DNA from: an uncultured Actinomycetota bacterium
GTDB taxonomy: Bacteria; Actinomycetota; Actinomycetes; JACCUZ01
Assembly (NCBI GenBank): GCA_963829565.1
Contig: CAWHJC010000021.1
Coordinates: forward strand, 217,835-281,834
Direction of reading: 5' to 3'
Length of the DNA: 64,000 bases
The position numbers and the translations under genes are program-made. The notes under the pieces are model-generated. The model was not told where the DNA came from. It saw only the letters and a program-made list of their open reading frames with translations, and searched no databases. Below, in pieces: positions 1 to 11,665 of the stretch (positions are counted from its first letter, which is position 1; every line of letters starts with the position of its first letter).

Positions 1-1271
1 GTAGTCGGGCTTGTAGTTGTCGAGGTGCACGAAGCTGCCTCGACCTGCCAGGTAGTCGTAGAGGGGCTGCAGGTAGTCAGCCACCACGAGGTTCTCGACC
101 GTGGTGACCCGGTCGTCGCGCAGCATCGGGTAGACGTACAGGCGCAGGTCGTTCTTGAACAGCCGGCCGAAGCTCTCCAGGATGCCGCCGGGTAGGTCGG
201 CGTGGGTGCTCTCGTCGAAGAGCTCGGTCAGGCTGGGCACCCCCATGACCATCCCGATCCGCCCGTCGGTGCGCCAGGCAAGGTAAGCGGCGAGCCGGTG
301 GTACGCCAGGAAGTCGGAGATGAGCACGGTCATGCCGCAGGCGGCCAGCAGGTCGGCTCGGGCCAGGAAGTCACGCCGGTCGACCTGGTCGCTGCCGGCA
401 CGCAGGTTGGCCATCGTCAGCTCGGTCAGGACCAGGACGTCCCGGTCGGCCACCTCGGGGTCGGCCTCGAACTTCACCAGGGCCGAGCTCGAGCATGTCG
501 ATGTTGACCACGGTGGGCGGCCGGAAGCTGCCGCGCTCGACCAGGATCGCCTTCTTGCGCAGCACCTCGCTGGGCTGAAGGACCTCGCGGTCGGGGCCGA
601 ACATCGCGGCACCGCTGAGGCCGACCTGCACCAGCTTGAGCGCCATCAGCCGGTTGTCGACGGCACGGAACTCGATGCCCTTGAGCTCGATCATGTCGAT
701 CTCGATCCGGCCCGTGGTCAGGCGGTCGAGCAGGCTCTCGACGAGCTGCTCCGGCTCGTGGTGCTGGAAGAACGCACCGTGCAGCAGGTTGACCCCGACG
801 ACGCCGAGCGCTTCCTGCTGCAGCGCTGCCTCGGCATCGAGCATCCGCACGTGCAGGATGATCTGGCTGGCGTCGTCGCGCGGGTGCGACTGGAACTTCA
901 CGCCCATCCAGCCGTGGCACTCGTTGCCCGCCTCGGTAGCTGCGGGCGACGACCGTGTCGGCGAAGGCGAAGAACGCGGTCTCGTCGCCGCGCTCGTCGC
1001 CGAGCCGGTCCAGGTTGAGCTGGTACTCGCGGTCGAGCATCGCCTGCAGCCGGCCCATCGAGACATACCGGTCGGACTTGCCGTAGACGGCGTCGCTGAC
1101 CGCCATGTCGTAGGCCGACATCGACTTGGCCACCGTCCCTGCGGCACCGCCGGCCCGGAAGAACCAGCGCGCCACCTCCTGGCCGGCGCCGATCTCCGCG
1201 ATCGTGCCGTACCACCGAGGGTCCAGATTGACCTGCAGGGCCTTCTGCAGCGTGTCCGCACCGACATCCAT
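1..1271 (-). CDS. Conserved protein of unknown function (family often labelled nicotinate-nucleotide adenylyltransferase-like or 'TonB-dependent receptor'); runs off the window, frameshifted
   Basis: Motifs YGTIAEIGAGQEVARWFFRAGGAAGTVAKSMSAYDM, ECHGWMGVKFQ, VERGSFRPPT and GGILESFGRLFKNDLRLYVYP lie in three successive frames (shifts near 935 and 485). Confidence 0.7.
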
Positions 1272-1351
1272 AGCGGTCCCCTGGTCGAGCCGTCAGGTCC
1301 GTCGCGAGCCTAGTCGCGTTGCCGCCGTCGGGCCGGTGCGTTCACCAGGCT

Positions 1352-1969
1352 TCAGGTGTTGAAGGCGTTCTGGGCCAGGTCGAGCCCGTGGGCGACCAGT
1401 TCTTCGATGGCGTCAGCGGCCCGGTCGACCTCCAGGTCGAGCTCCTTGCGCTCCGTACCGCTGAAGTCGCGGAGCACGAAGGTCGCGGGCTCCATCCGCC
1501 CCGGCGGACGGCCGATCCCGATCCGGACCCGGTGAAACTCCCCGGTCCCGAGGGAGCGGCGGACGGCCTTCAGGCCGTTGTGCCCGTTGTCGCCGCCGCC
1601 GAGCTTGAGCCGCAAGCCGCCGAACGGGAGGTCGAGCTCGTCGTGGATCACGACGAGCCTGTCCAGCGGGACCTTGAAGAAGTCGAGCAGCGCCGTCACC
1701 GGACCACCGGACTCGTTCATGTACGAGCGCGGCTTCGCGAGCACGACCCGCTCGCCGGCCAGGCGGCCCTCGACGATCTCGGCGCGCGTCTTGTGCGCCT
1801 TGAAGCGCGCCGACATCCGGTCGGCCAGCAGGTCGGCGACCATGAACCCGACGTTGTGGCGGTTGCCGGAGTACGCCGGGCCGGGGTTGCCCAGACCGAC
1901 GACCAGCCACCTGCCCTCGGACTCCTCCGCGGCCGGCTCGCGCCCGCGGCGGGGCCTGAGCAGGCTCAG
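1352..1969 (-). CDS. pth: Peptidyl-tRNA hydrolase
   Basis: [56 protein letters not shown]. Start uncertain (CTG at 1969 overlaps the rplY stop). Confidence 0.95.
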   Translation of the reverse strand: MSLLRPRRGREPAAEESEGRWLVVGLGNPGPAYSGNRHNVGFMVADLLADRMSARFKAHKTRAEIVEGRLAGERVVLAKPRSYMNESGGPVTALLDFFKVPLDRLVVIHDELDLPFGGLRLKLGGGDNGHNGLKAVRRSLGTGEFHRVRIGIGRPPGRMEPATFVLRDFSGTERKELDLEVDRAADAIEELVAHGLDLAQNAFNT

Positions 1970-2684
1970 CTCTCGGCCTTCTCGCCCTCGGATCCGCCGG
2001 CCTCGCTCGCCTTGGCGCCGTCGCCTCGCCCTCGGCAGCGGCAGCGGCCTCCGCCTCGGCCTGTGCGGCCTGCTCCTCGTCGGTGGGCTCGTGCACGATC
2101 CCGACCTCGGCCTCGGCCTCGGCCAGCTCGGCCTCGATCTCCTCGGCCGTGGTGGCGGCGGTGACGTTGACGACGAGGGCGTCCTCGGCGGTGACCAGCG
2201 TGACGCCGGCCGGCAGCGAGATGTCCTTGGCGTGAATCTGCGAGCCGACCGTCAGCCCCTCGATGGACACGTCGACGCCCGTCGGGATGTGCGTCGCCTC
2301 GGCCTCGACGGTCAGCGTCTGCTGCTCGGTGGTGACGAAGGTCTCCGGAGCGGCCTCGCCCACTAGGTGGACGCCGATCTCGACGGTGACCTTCTCGCCG
2401 CGCTTCACGACGACGAGGTCGACGTGCTCGAGGAAGCCCTTGATCGGGTCGCGCTGGATGTCCTTCGGCAGCGCGAGCTCGTCGGTGCCGTCCAGGTCGA
2501 GCGTCAGCAGGACGTTGGCGGTCTTGAGGGCGAGCATCAGCTCGTGACCGGGCAGCGAGATATGCCGCGGGTCGGTGCCGTGGCCGTAGATGACGGCGGG
2601 GACCTTGTTGTCGCGGCGGATGCGGCGGGCGGCGCCCTTGCCGAACTCGGTGCGCGGCTCGGCGGCGATACGGACCTCAGGCAC
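1966..2684 (-). CDS. rplY: 50S ribosomal protein L25/Ctc (frameshift in acidic tail)
   Basis: [30 protein letters not shown]; lies between prs and pth. Confidence 0.95.
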
Positions 2685-2859
2685 GGCTGGCGGGCTCCTC
2701 GTGGTGGCGGTGCGGTGATCAGTTCGAAGCGGTGGTCGGCGCACGGCGGGGCGGCTCGGGACCACCGCGTCGATCACGGAGGCCCCACTTCGGGCTTCCC
2801 TCGCCGGGCAACCGGTGCAGTCTAGCCGCGCCCGGACGCCCGGCCCAAACCGGTGTCCG

Positions 2860-3840
2860 TCAGCTGTGGCCGTCGAACAGGCTGGTCACCGAGCCATCGT
2901 CGAAGACCTCCCGGATACCGCGGGCGAGCAACGGGGCGATGGACAGCACCGTCAGCTTGTCGAAGCGCTTCTCGTCGCCGATCGGGAGGGTGTCGGTGAC
3001 GACGACCTCGCTCACGCGCGAGTTCTTCAGCCGGTCGACCGCCGGCCCCGACAGCACAGCGTGGGTCGCTGCCACGATGACGTCGGCGGCGCCGGCCTCG
3101 AACAGTGCGTCGGCGGCCTTGGTGATGGTGCCCCCGGTGTCGATCATGTCGTCCTGCAGGATGCAGGTCTTGCCGGCTACCTCACCGACGACCCGGTTGG
3201 CGATCGACTCGTTCGGCACCAGGGCGTCGCGTGTCTTGTGGATGAAGGCGATCGGTGCTCCGCCCAGGGTCTCCGACCAGCGCTCGGCGAGCCGCAGACG
3301 TCCGGAGTCCGGCGAGACGACGGCCACCTTGGAGCGGTCGACACGCCGGTTGACGTGGCCCGCCAGCAGCGGCAGGGCGAACAGGTGGTCGACCGGTCCG
3401 TCGAAGAAGCCCTGGATCTGGGCGGTGTGCAAGTCGACGGCCATCATCCGGTTGGCGCCCGCGGTCTTGAAGAAGTCGGCCATCAGCCGGGCCGAGATCG
3501 GCTCGCGGCCGCGGTGCTTCTTGTCCTGGCGGGCGTAGCCGTAGAACGGGACGACGACGGTGATCCGCTTGGCGGACGCCCGCTTGAGAGCGTCGACCAT
3601 GATGAACTGCTCCATCAGCCACTGGTTGAGCGGCGCCGCGTGGCTCTGGATCACGAACGCGTCGCAGCCCCGGACCGACTCCTTGTAGCGCACGAAGATC
3701 TCGCCGTTGGCGAAGTCGTAGGCCGTGGTCGGCGTGAGCTCGATCCCCAGCTCGCCCGCGACCGCGTCGGCGAGCTCCGGGTGGGCTCGACCGGAGAAGA
3801 GCATCAGCTTCTTCTCACCCGTGGTCTTGATGAAGCTCAT
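2860..3840 (-). CDS. prs: Ribose-phosphate pyrophosphokinase
   Basis: [38 protein letters not shown]. Confidence 0.97.
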   Translation of the reverse strand: MSFIKTTGEKKLMLFSGRAHPELADAVAGELGIELTPTTAYDFANGEIFVRYKESVRGCDAFVIQSHAAPLNQWLMEQFIMVDALKRASAKRITVVVPFYGYARQDKKHRGREPISARLMADFFKTAGANRMMAVDLHTAQIQGFFDGPVDHLFALPLLAGHVNRRVDRSKVAVVSPDSGRLRLAERWSETLGGAPIAFIHKTRDALVPNESIANRVVGEVAGKTCILQDDMIDTGGTITKAADALFEAGAADVIVAATHAVLSGPAVDRLKNSRVSEVVVTDTLPIGDEKRFDKLTVLSIAPLLARGIREVFDDGSVTSLFDGHS

Positions 3841-5305
3841 CCGTCCGACCCCTCCTCGTCGCGCTGCCTGTCCTGAAGCGCTCCTGCGTCGGCGGCGGCC
3901 GCCGCCTCCGCCGTTCGTGTGCCGGCGCGGCGCCGGGCGACCCAGCCGGCGATGTTGCGCTGCTTGCCCCGTGCGACTGCCAGTTCGCCAGGCCCGACGC
4001 GGCCGGTCACTGTCGAGCCGGCGGCGACGTACGCTCCGTCGGCGACCTCCAACGGGGCGACGAGGACCGAGTCGCTGCCGACGAACGCGTGGCGGCCTAC
4101 CACCGTGTGGCTCTTCGTGACGCCGTCGTAGTTGGCGAATATCGTCCCGGCGCCGATGTTGGCGCCCTCGCCGATGGTCGCGTCGCCGACGTAGGACAGA
4201 TGGGGGACCTTGGCGCCGTCACCGACGTCGGCCATCTTCATCTCGACGAAACCGCCCGCTCGCGCGCCGCGGCCGAGCCGGGTGCCGGGGCGGAGGTAGG
4301 TGTAGGGACCACCGTCGCGTCCGGGCCGACGATCGCGCCGTACGACGTGGTGTTGATGATCTCGGCTCCCGCGCCGACCTCGGTGTCGACGAGCAGGCAG
4401 TTGGGGCCGACCGTGGCGCCGGAGGCCACGCGAGTCGAGCCCCGCAGCAGCGTGTTGGGCTCGACGAGGACGTCCCTCTCGAGGGTCACGTCGGCGTCGA
4501 TCCACGTGGTGGCCGGGTCGACCACGGCGACGCCGGCGCGCATCCAGCGCTCGACCGTTCGCCGGTTGAGCTCCCGGTGCAGCGCCGCCAGCTGTACCCG
4601 GTCGTTAGCCCCCTCGACCGCCCACGTGTCGACGACCGCCAGGGCACCGACCTGCAGCCCGTCGGCCACGGCATGGCCCACCACGTCGGTGAGGTAGAGC
4701 TCGCCCTGGACGTTGTCGGTGTCCAGCCTGGACAGGCCCGCCCGCAGAGTCTTGGCGTCAAACGCGTAGACGCCCGAGTTCACCTCGCGGATGGACCGCT
4801 GCTCGTCGGTCGCGTCCTTCTGCTCCACGACACCGACGACCTGGTCGCGCTCGCCGCGCAGGACCCGGCCGTAGCCGGCCGGGTCGGCCAGGTGAGCGGT
4901 GAGGACCGTGACGGCGTTGCCCTGCTCGGCATGGGCGTCCAGCAGCGAACGGAGCACGTCGGCGGTGAGGAGGGGTACGTCGCCGTAGGTCACGACCACG
5001 GTGCCGTCGAGCTCGGGGAGCGACTCGAGGGCGCACTGCACGGCGTGCCCGGTCCCGAGCTGCTGGTCCTGCACGACGGCGGTGGCGGTGGGCGCGACCT
5101 CGTGGAGATGGCTCGTCACCTGGTCGCGCCCGTGACCCACGACGACGGCGAGGTGGACGGGCTCCAGGGCAGCGGCGGCCACAACCGCGTGATGGACCAG
5201 GGATCGGCCGCCCACCGGGTGCAGGACCTTCGGGATCGACGACCTCATCCGGGTGCCCTCGCCGGCGGCGAGGACGACCACGGCGGCCGGTCGGTCGGGG
5301 CTCAC
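3837..5305 (-). CDS. glmU: Bifunctional UDP-GlcNAc pyrophosphorylase/glucosamine-1-P acetyltransferase (frameshift near 4308)
   Basis: [38 protein letters not shown] hexapeptide region. Confidence 0.95.
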
Positions 5306-5427
5306 GCGGGGAGCGCTCCTCGGCGGCGAGACGGCGGACGGGACGTCTTACGGTCTGAGGATACCCGCCGTTCACCTGTGCTCCGAGAAGGCGACGGCGG
5401 GACGTCGCTAGCACGACGAGAACGCGG

Positions 5428-5500
5428 CTCCGCCAGCTGGACTCGAACCAGCACTGCACATCTCCAAAGGATGGCGGGCTGCCAATTACCCCATGGCGGA
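5428..5500 (-). tRNA. tRNA-Gln(TTG)
   Basis: Acceptor stem TCCGCCA/TGGCGGA, anticodon loop CTTTGGA, T-loop GGTTCGAGTCC; usual position upstream of glmU. Confidence 0.95.
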
Positions 5501-5717
5501 TCGCGTCAAAGGCTAGACGGTCGGCATCTCCGGTCTGATGATCGTCACCCGGCCACACAGTGGGGGTTGGCCTGGCGTCCCCGGCCACCTCGCTGTACGT
5601 CTGGAGGACTGCCCATCTGCTCCCGGATCGCGCCAACTGTGTGGCGCCGGGACGATCTTGGGCAGCGAGGCGGCCAAGGAGACGGCGACGGGTGACGTCC
5701 CGTGTCCGGGTTCGACC

Positions 5718-5750
5718 ACCTACGGCGGCGTAGGTTACCGTCGCGTAGGT
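5718..5750. promoter_or_regulatory. Tandem palindromic operator upstream of the desaturase-TetR operon
   Basis: ACCTACG-GCGG-CGTAGGT (5718-5735) overlapped by an imperfect second copy GGTTACCGTCGCGTAGGT. Confidence 0.6.
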
Positions 5751-5781
5751 ACTGACTCCGATCGCAGAGGGAGCGGGTCCA

Positions 5782-6730
5782 ATGACCACTCCTGTCACCG
5801 CCGAGCCCACGTCCACGGATCTGCCGGCCGGCACCCTGGGCGGCGAACGCAAGGGCGTCGTCGAGCAGGTCGCGCTCGTGGCGTTCATCGCCATCCCGTT
5901 CGTGGCGATCCTGCTCGCGATCCCGGTCGCCTGGGGCGGCTGGCTGGGCTGGTCCGACGTCCTCATCTCGTTCGTCGCCTACGCCGTCGCCGGGCACGGC
6001 ATCACCGTGGGCTTCCACCGCTACCTCACCCACGGCTCGTTCAAGGCCAAGCGGCCGCTCCGCGTCGGCCTCGCCGTTGCGGGAAGCCTGGCGATCGAAG
6101 GACCGGCGATCCGCTGGGTGGCGGACCACCGCAAGCACCACAAGTTCTCCGACAAGGAGGGCGACCCGCACTCCCCGTGGCGGTACGGCGAGAGCGTGCC
6201 GGCGCTTGATGAAGGGCCTCTGGTACGCCCACATGGGCTGGCTCTTCGACGTCGAGCAGACCCCTGCGCGCCAGTACGCCCCCGACCTGCTCGCCGACCG
6301 CGACATCGTCCGGGTCAGCCGCGCCTTCCCCTACCTCGCCCTGGCCTCCCTCGCGGTGCCACCCGTCCTCGGCGGGCTGCTGACCTGGTCCTGGCACGGC
6401 GCCCTGACCGCGTTCTTCTGGGCCAGCCTCGTGCGGGTCGGCCTGCTCCACCACGTCACTTGGTCGATCAACTCGATCTGCCACGCGATGGGCGCTCGTC
6501 CCTTCGAGAGCCGCGACCGCGCCGGCAACGTGTGGTGGCTCGCGGTCCTGTCGATGGGCGAGTCCTGGCACAACCTGCACCACGCCGACCCGACCTGCGC
6601 CCGCACCGGCGTGCTCAAGGGCCAGGTCGACTCCGGCGCGCGCGTCATCCAGCTGTTCGAGGCGTGCGGCTGGGCCTACGACGTCCGGTGGCCACGGCAA
6701 GATCGCCTCGATGCCCGCCGGGCAGCCTGA
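5782..6730 (+). CDS. Acyl-CoA (delta-9 type) desaturase (frameshift near 6205)
   Basis: His boxes HRYLTH, HRKHH, HNLHH. Confidence 0.9.
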
Positions 6731-7400
6731 TGGCGGGTGCCGCAGCACTCCCAGAACCTGTCAAGGGCAAACGCGACGGACGAGCACGGATGACCGGCAA
6801 GGAGCGGCGCGAGCAGCTCCTCGACATCGGCCGGTCGCTGTTCGCCCAGAAGGGATTCGACGCGACGTCGGTCGAGGAGATCGCCCAGAAGGCCGGCGTG
6901 TCCAAGCCCGTCGTCTACGAGCACTTCGGCGGTAAGGAAGGTCTCTACGCCGTCGTCGTCGACCGCGAGATGCGCGCCCTGCTCGACGCCATCACCGGCG
7001 CGCTGACCAGCAACGGCCACCCCAGGGAGCTGCTCGAGCGGGCCGCCTTCGCGTTGCTGGACTACGTCGAGACGTCCACCGACGGCTTCCGCATCCTGGT
7101 CCGCGACTCGCCCGTCGCCCAGTCCACCGGCACCTTCGCGTCGCTGATCAGCGACGCCGCGAGCCAGGTCGAGCACATCATGGTCAGCCAGTTCCGCCAG
7201 CGCGGCTTCGACCCGCAGTTCGCCCCGATGTACGCGCAGATGCTGGTCGGCATGGTCGCGCTGACCGGCCAGTGGTGGCTGGACGTCCGGAAGCCGGACA
7301 AGGCCGACGTCGCGGCCCACCTGGTCAACCTGGCCTGGAACGGTCTGTCCGGCCTCGAGGCCAGCCCGGCGCTGCCGCGACGTCAGTCCCTCCGGCGACC
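6730..7400 (+). CDS. TetR-family regulator (Rv1019-like); 3' end uncertain
   Basis: RMTGKERREQLLDIGRSLFAQKGFDATSVEEIAQKAGVSKPVVYEHFGGKEGLY; TGATG coupling with the desaturase. Confidence 0.9.
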
Positions 7401-7738
7401 TAGAGCGGCTCGAGCAGCTCGATCCGGTTGCCGTGCGGATCGGCGACGTAGCACCTGCGGTAGCCGGGAAAGTCGTCGTCCCACTGCACCGCGACCCCGT
7501 GTCCCTCCAGCCGCTGCGCCAGTGCCTCGAGACCGTCGACCAGCAGGCCGGGGTGCGCCTTGCCGGCCGGGACGAAGTCCTCCTGGACACCGAGGTGCAG
7601 CTCCACCTGCGTCGAGCGGAACCAGACACCTCCCCGCGCGGCCAGAGCCGGGGGCTTCGGCACCTCCGGCAGCCCCAGCAACGTCCCGTAGAAGTGCCGC
7701 AGCGCGTCCTCGCTGCCCGGCGGCGCCGCGAGCTGCAC
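7400..7738 (-). CDS. VOC/glyoxalase family protein
   Basis: (IIGLHH)VQLAAPPGSE..FYG..LGL, KAHP, DPHGNRIELLE. Confidence 0.85.
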   Translation of the reverse strand: MQLAAPPGSEDALRHFYGTLLGLPEVPKPPALAARGGVWFRSTQVELHLGVQEDFVPAGKAHPGLLVDGLEALAQRLEGHGVAVQWDDDFPGYRRCYVADPHGNRIELLEPL

Positions 7739-7765
7739 GTGGTGCAGGCCGATGATCGACGCCGG

Positions 7766-8549
7766 TCACGCGGCGGCGCCACGGCGAGCGACGGCGAAGA
7801 TCCGGCGGTACGGAAGAACGGTGCCGTGCGGCCGCCGCGGGTAGGCCGGCGCCACCAGCGCGCGGTACTCGCCGATGAGCTCCTCCTGCTCCCGCTCGTC
7901 CAGCGCTGCGAGCACGGGCCGCAGCCCCGTCCCCTTCATCCAGCGCACTACCGCGTCCTCGCCCTTCAGGACCTGGAGGTACGTCGTCTCCCAGACGTCT
8001 GCGGTGCAGCCCAGGGCGACGAGCCGGTCCAGGTAGATGACCGGCTCCTCCGACGCGGGCTGCTGGACGTCCACACCGACCAGCCGGTCGCGCCACCGCG
8101 GCGATTCCCGCAGCTGCGCGATCGCGGTGTGGCTCGGCTCGCCGAAGTTGCCCGGCACCTGGAAGGCGAACCAGCCGCCGGGGCGGACGGCTGAGACCAG
8201 CCGATCCAGCAGGGCAAGGTGGCCCGGCACCCACTGCAGGGTCGCGTTGCACGTGAGCACGTCGACCTGGGTGTCCGGCTGCCACCGCCGCAGGTCACCG
8301 AGGGTGAAGCGCAAGTCGCTCGGACGTGCCCTCCGCCCGGGCCGACACGATCATCTGCTCCGACGAGTCGACCCCCTCGACCACCGCGTCGGGCCAGCGC
8401 CGAGCCAGCTGGCGGGTCAGGTTTCCGGGCCCGCACCCGAGGTCGACCACGAGCGACGGCGCCTCGGCGGGCACCCGTGCCATCAGGTCGGCGAACGGTC
8501 GCGCCCGCTCGTCCCCGAACTGCAGGTACTCCGCCGGGTCCCACTGCAT
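7766..8549 (-). CDS. tam: Trans-aconitate 2-methyltransferase (frameshift near 8320)
   Basis: [56 protein letters not shown]. Confidence 0.9.
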
Positions 8550-8563
8550 GGCGCCTCCATATG

Positions 8564-8609
8564 TCTTGACGTCAAGATACCTTGGCCAGGAGAAGTCTCG
8601 ATGTCAAGA
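8564..8609. promoter_or_regulatory. Two TamR-type operators in the tam/tamR intergenic region
   Basis: Perfect palindrome TCTTGACGTCAAGA (8564-8577) and imperfect TCTCGATGTCAAGA (8596-8609). Confidence 0.8.
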
Positions 8610-8653
8610 GGCACGTCGTCGATACTCTTTCCCCTGGCCGAGGAGGTGCGGGC

Positions 8654-9142
8654 GTGCAGGACGAGGTCGACCGCCTGGTCGAGGCATGGGCGCGAGAGCG
8701 GCCGGACCTCGACGTCGGCCCGCTCGAGGTCCTCAGCCGGGTGACGCGACTCGCCCGCCACCTCGATCGGGCCCGGCGGACGGCATTCGCCGCCCACGAA
8801 CTAGACGTCTGGGAGTTCGACGTGCTGGCTGCCCTGCGCCGCGCCGGCCGCCCGTACGTCCTCTCCCCCGGACAGCTGCTCGGCGAGACGATGGTGACCT
8901 CCGGGACCATGACCAACCGGGTCGACCGCCTCGAGTCCCGCGGCCTGGTGCACCGGCTGCCCGACCCTGCCGACCGGCGCGGCGTGCACGTCCGCCTGAC
9001 ACCGCGCGGCAAGGAACGGGTCGACGCCGCGCTGGCCGACCTGCTCGGTCGCGAGCGGGACCTGCTGCGCAGCCTCAGCCGTCGCGAGCAGGAGACCCTG
9101 TCGACCCTGCTCCGGCGTCTCGTCGTCCCCTTCGAGGAGTGA
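8654..9142 (+). CDS. tamR: MarR-family regulator TamR
   Basis: DEVDRLVEAWARERPDLD, WEFDVLAALRRAG, VTSGTMTNRVDRL; divergent from tam. Confidence 0.85.
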   Translation: MQDEVDRLVEAWARERPDLDVGPLEVLSRVTRLARHLDRARRTAFAAHELDVWEFDVLAALRRAGRPYVLSPGQLLGETMVTSGTMTNRVDRLESRGLVHRLPDPADRRGVHVRLTPRGKERVDAALADLLGRERDLLRSLSRREQETLSTLLRRLVVPFEE

Positions 9143-9149
9143 CCCCGCC

Positions 9150-9842
9150 TCACGCGGCGACGAAACGGCCTTCCACCAGCACCGGCACCGCGTCGCTGGC
9201 GTCGGTCTCACCGGCGATCCGCACGTCCTCCGCGTAGCCGCGCTCCACCAGCTCCGCGCCAGAGGTGCAGCGCTCCAGCGGGCGCAGCGACCGGAAGGCC
9301 AGGGCCGCGGCCTCCGCCTCCGGCGACAGCTCCAGGGACAGGTCCTGACCGCTGAGCCGCTCGACCACGGCGCCCGCCCCGACGAGGTCCTCGTACGCCG
9401 GGCGCAGCGACCCGTCGCCCCACTGCTCGCCCGCCGGGACGAGGCCGATGCGCTGGACGTCGCGCAGGTGCCGAGCGACCGCGCGCGCGTTGCGCAGGCA
9501 GGCCGCCACGACCGGACGGGACCCGTTCACCGCCGCGAACGCGATGGACGACCCGTTGGGCGACGGCAGCACCAGCCGGGTGTCTGCGGGCAGGTCGCAC
9601 AGGCTGGCCGGAGACAACGTCAGGCCCTCGTGCGACGACCGGTTACCGGCGAGCACCGCACCGATGTCGCGGGCGAGCTGGCCGGCCGACTCCCCGCCGA
9701 TGTGCGGCCACACCTTGGCGCCCTGCTCGACGGCGATCGTCAAGGCGGTCGAGAACGACAGCACGTCCACGACGACGATCACGTCGGAGGTCTCGGCCAG
9801 GACCTTGGCGCCGATGGGTCCCCACTCCAGGGCGACGAGCAT
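9150..9842 (-). CDS. 2-phosphosulfolactate phosphatase (ComB) family protein
   Basis: VVVDVLSFST, LPSPNGS, ACLRNARAVA, AGEQW..LRPAYEDLVGAG. Confidence 0.8.
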   Translation of the reverse strand: MLVALEWGPIGAKVLAETSDVIVVVDVLSFSTALTIAVEQGAKVWPHIGGESAGQLARDIGAVLAGNRSSHEGLTLSPASLCDLPADTRLVLPSPNGSSIAFAAVNGSRPVVAACLRNARAVARHLRDVQRIGLVPAGEQWGDGSLRPAYEDLVGAGAVVERLSGQDLSLELSPEAEAAALAFRSLRPLERCTSGAELVERGYAEDVRIAGETDASDAVPVLVEGRFVAA

Positions 9843-9861
9843 GGCCGGAGCGTACGCGTGA

Positions 9862-11665
9862 TCAGCCGGGCTGGTCGACGCGCTCGGCCAGCTCCAGCCA
9901 GCGCTCCTCGAGCTGCGACCGCTCGGCGACCACCGCCCGGAGCGCGGTGTCCAGCTCGAGCACCCGCTCGTGCTCGGTCGATGCCATCGACGCGGACGCC
10001 AGGTCGTCGTGCAACACACCCTCGCGGCTCCGCAGCCGATCCAGCTGGCGCTCCACCCGGGCGAGCTCCTTGCGCGCGGCCCTGGCGGCAGCGGCGTCGC
10101 TCGGTGGCGCCGTGGCCGTCGCGTCGGGCGACGGCGGCCCAGCGGCGATCTCGCGACGCAGGGCGAGGTACTCGTCGACTCCTCCGGGCAGGTCGCGCAG
10201 CCGGCCGTCGCCGAGCAGGGCGACCGTGCGGTCGCACACCCGCTCCAGGAAGTACCGGTCGTGGGACACCACCAGCAGCGACCCGGGCCAGCCGTCGAGC
10301 AGGTCCTCCAGCGAGTTCAGCGTGTCGATGTCGAGGTCGTTGGTCGGCTCGTCGAGAAGCAGGACGTTCGGCTCGTCCATCAGCAGCCGTAGCAGCTGCA
10401 GACGGCGCCGCTCGCCGCCGGAGAGCTCCCCGACCGGCGTCCACTGGTCGTTCCCGACGAAGCCGAACCGCTCGCACAGCTGGGTCGCCGTCACCGACCT
10501 GCCCTTGCCGAGATCGACCTCCCGGCGCACAGCCTCGACGGCCTCCAGGACGCGCAGGGACGGGTCGAGCTCGACGACGTCCTGGGAGAGGTAGGCCTCG
10601 CGCACGGTGACCCCTCTCACCACCCGTCCTGCGCTCGGGGCCAGCGAGCCGGTGAGCATCCGCAGCAGCGAGGTCTTCCCCGAGCCGTTGACGCCGGCGA
10701 TCCCGACCCGGTCACCCGGGCCAAGGTGCCAGGTCAGGTGGTCGAGCAGCGCCCGCCCGCCCACCTCGAGCGACGCGTCCTCGACGTCGTAGACCGTCCG
10801 CCCGAGTCGCGCGCTGGCGAAGCGCATCAGGTCGACCCCGTCGCGTGCCGGCGGCTCTTCCGCGATGAGCGCGTTGGCCGCGTCGATCCGGAACCTCGGC
10901 TTGGACGTTCGCGCGGGAGGGCCTCGGCGCAGCCAGGCGAGCTCCTTGCGGACCAGGTTTGCCCGGCGCGCATCCGTCGCTGCCTGCATCCGGTCACGCT
11001 CGGCGCGAGCCAGGACGTACGCCGAGTAGCCACCGTCGTACGGCGCGCACCGTGCCGCCCTGCACCTCCCACGTGACCGAGCAGACCTCGTCGAGGAACC
11101 ATCGGTCGTGCGTGACGACCACGACCGCCTCGCGGCGCGCTGCGAGGTGCCGGGCCAGCCAGTCGATCCCCTCGACGTCGAGGTGGTTCGTCGGCTCGTC
11201 CAGCACCAGCAGGTCGTGCTCGCCGACGAGAGCCCGGGCGAGTGCGACCCGACGCCGCTCCCCGCCGGAGAGGTTCCCGACCGGACGGTCGAGGAACTGG
11301 TCGACCCGGGTGCGGTCGCCGAACAGGCCGGACAGCACGTCGCGGACGCGCGCGTCCGAGGCCCACTCGTGCGCGGGGCCGTGCCCCACGACCAGCGACC
11401 GCACGGTCGCCGTCCCCTCGAGGTCGTCGTGCTGGGCGACACCCGCGACGCGCAGGCCGCCGGTGTGAGTGACCCGGCCGCCGTCCGGCGTCTCACGACG
11501 GGTCAGCAGGTTCAGCAGCGTCGACTTGCCGTCACCGTTGCGCCCGACGACCCCGATCCGGTCCCCTTCTCCGACACCGAGCGAGACGGCGTCGAGCAGC
11601 ACCGTCGTGCCGTACGCCTTGGTCGCGCTCTCGAGGTTGACCAGGTTGCGCGCGCTCGTCGCCAC
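9862..11665 (-). CDS. ABC-F family ATP-binding protein (Uup-like; frameshift near 11048)
   Basis: Two ABC domains (GRNGDGKS, GVNGSGKT, LSGGERRR, LDEPTN twice), no membrane domain, C-terminal coiled coil. Confidence 0.9.

Noticed and set aside
6730-7755. 657-aa desaturase-TetR fusion in the ORF track
   Set aside because: Produced by the frameshift in the desaturase; a TGATG junction at 6728-6732 marks two genes.
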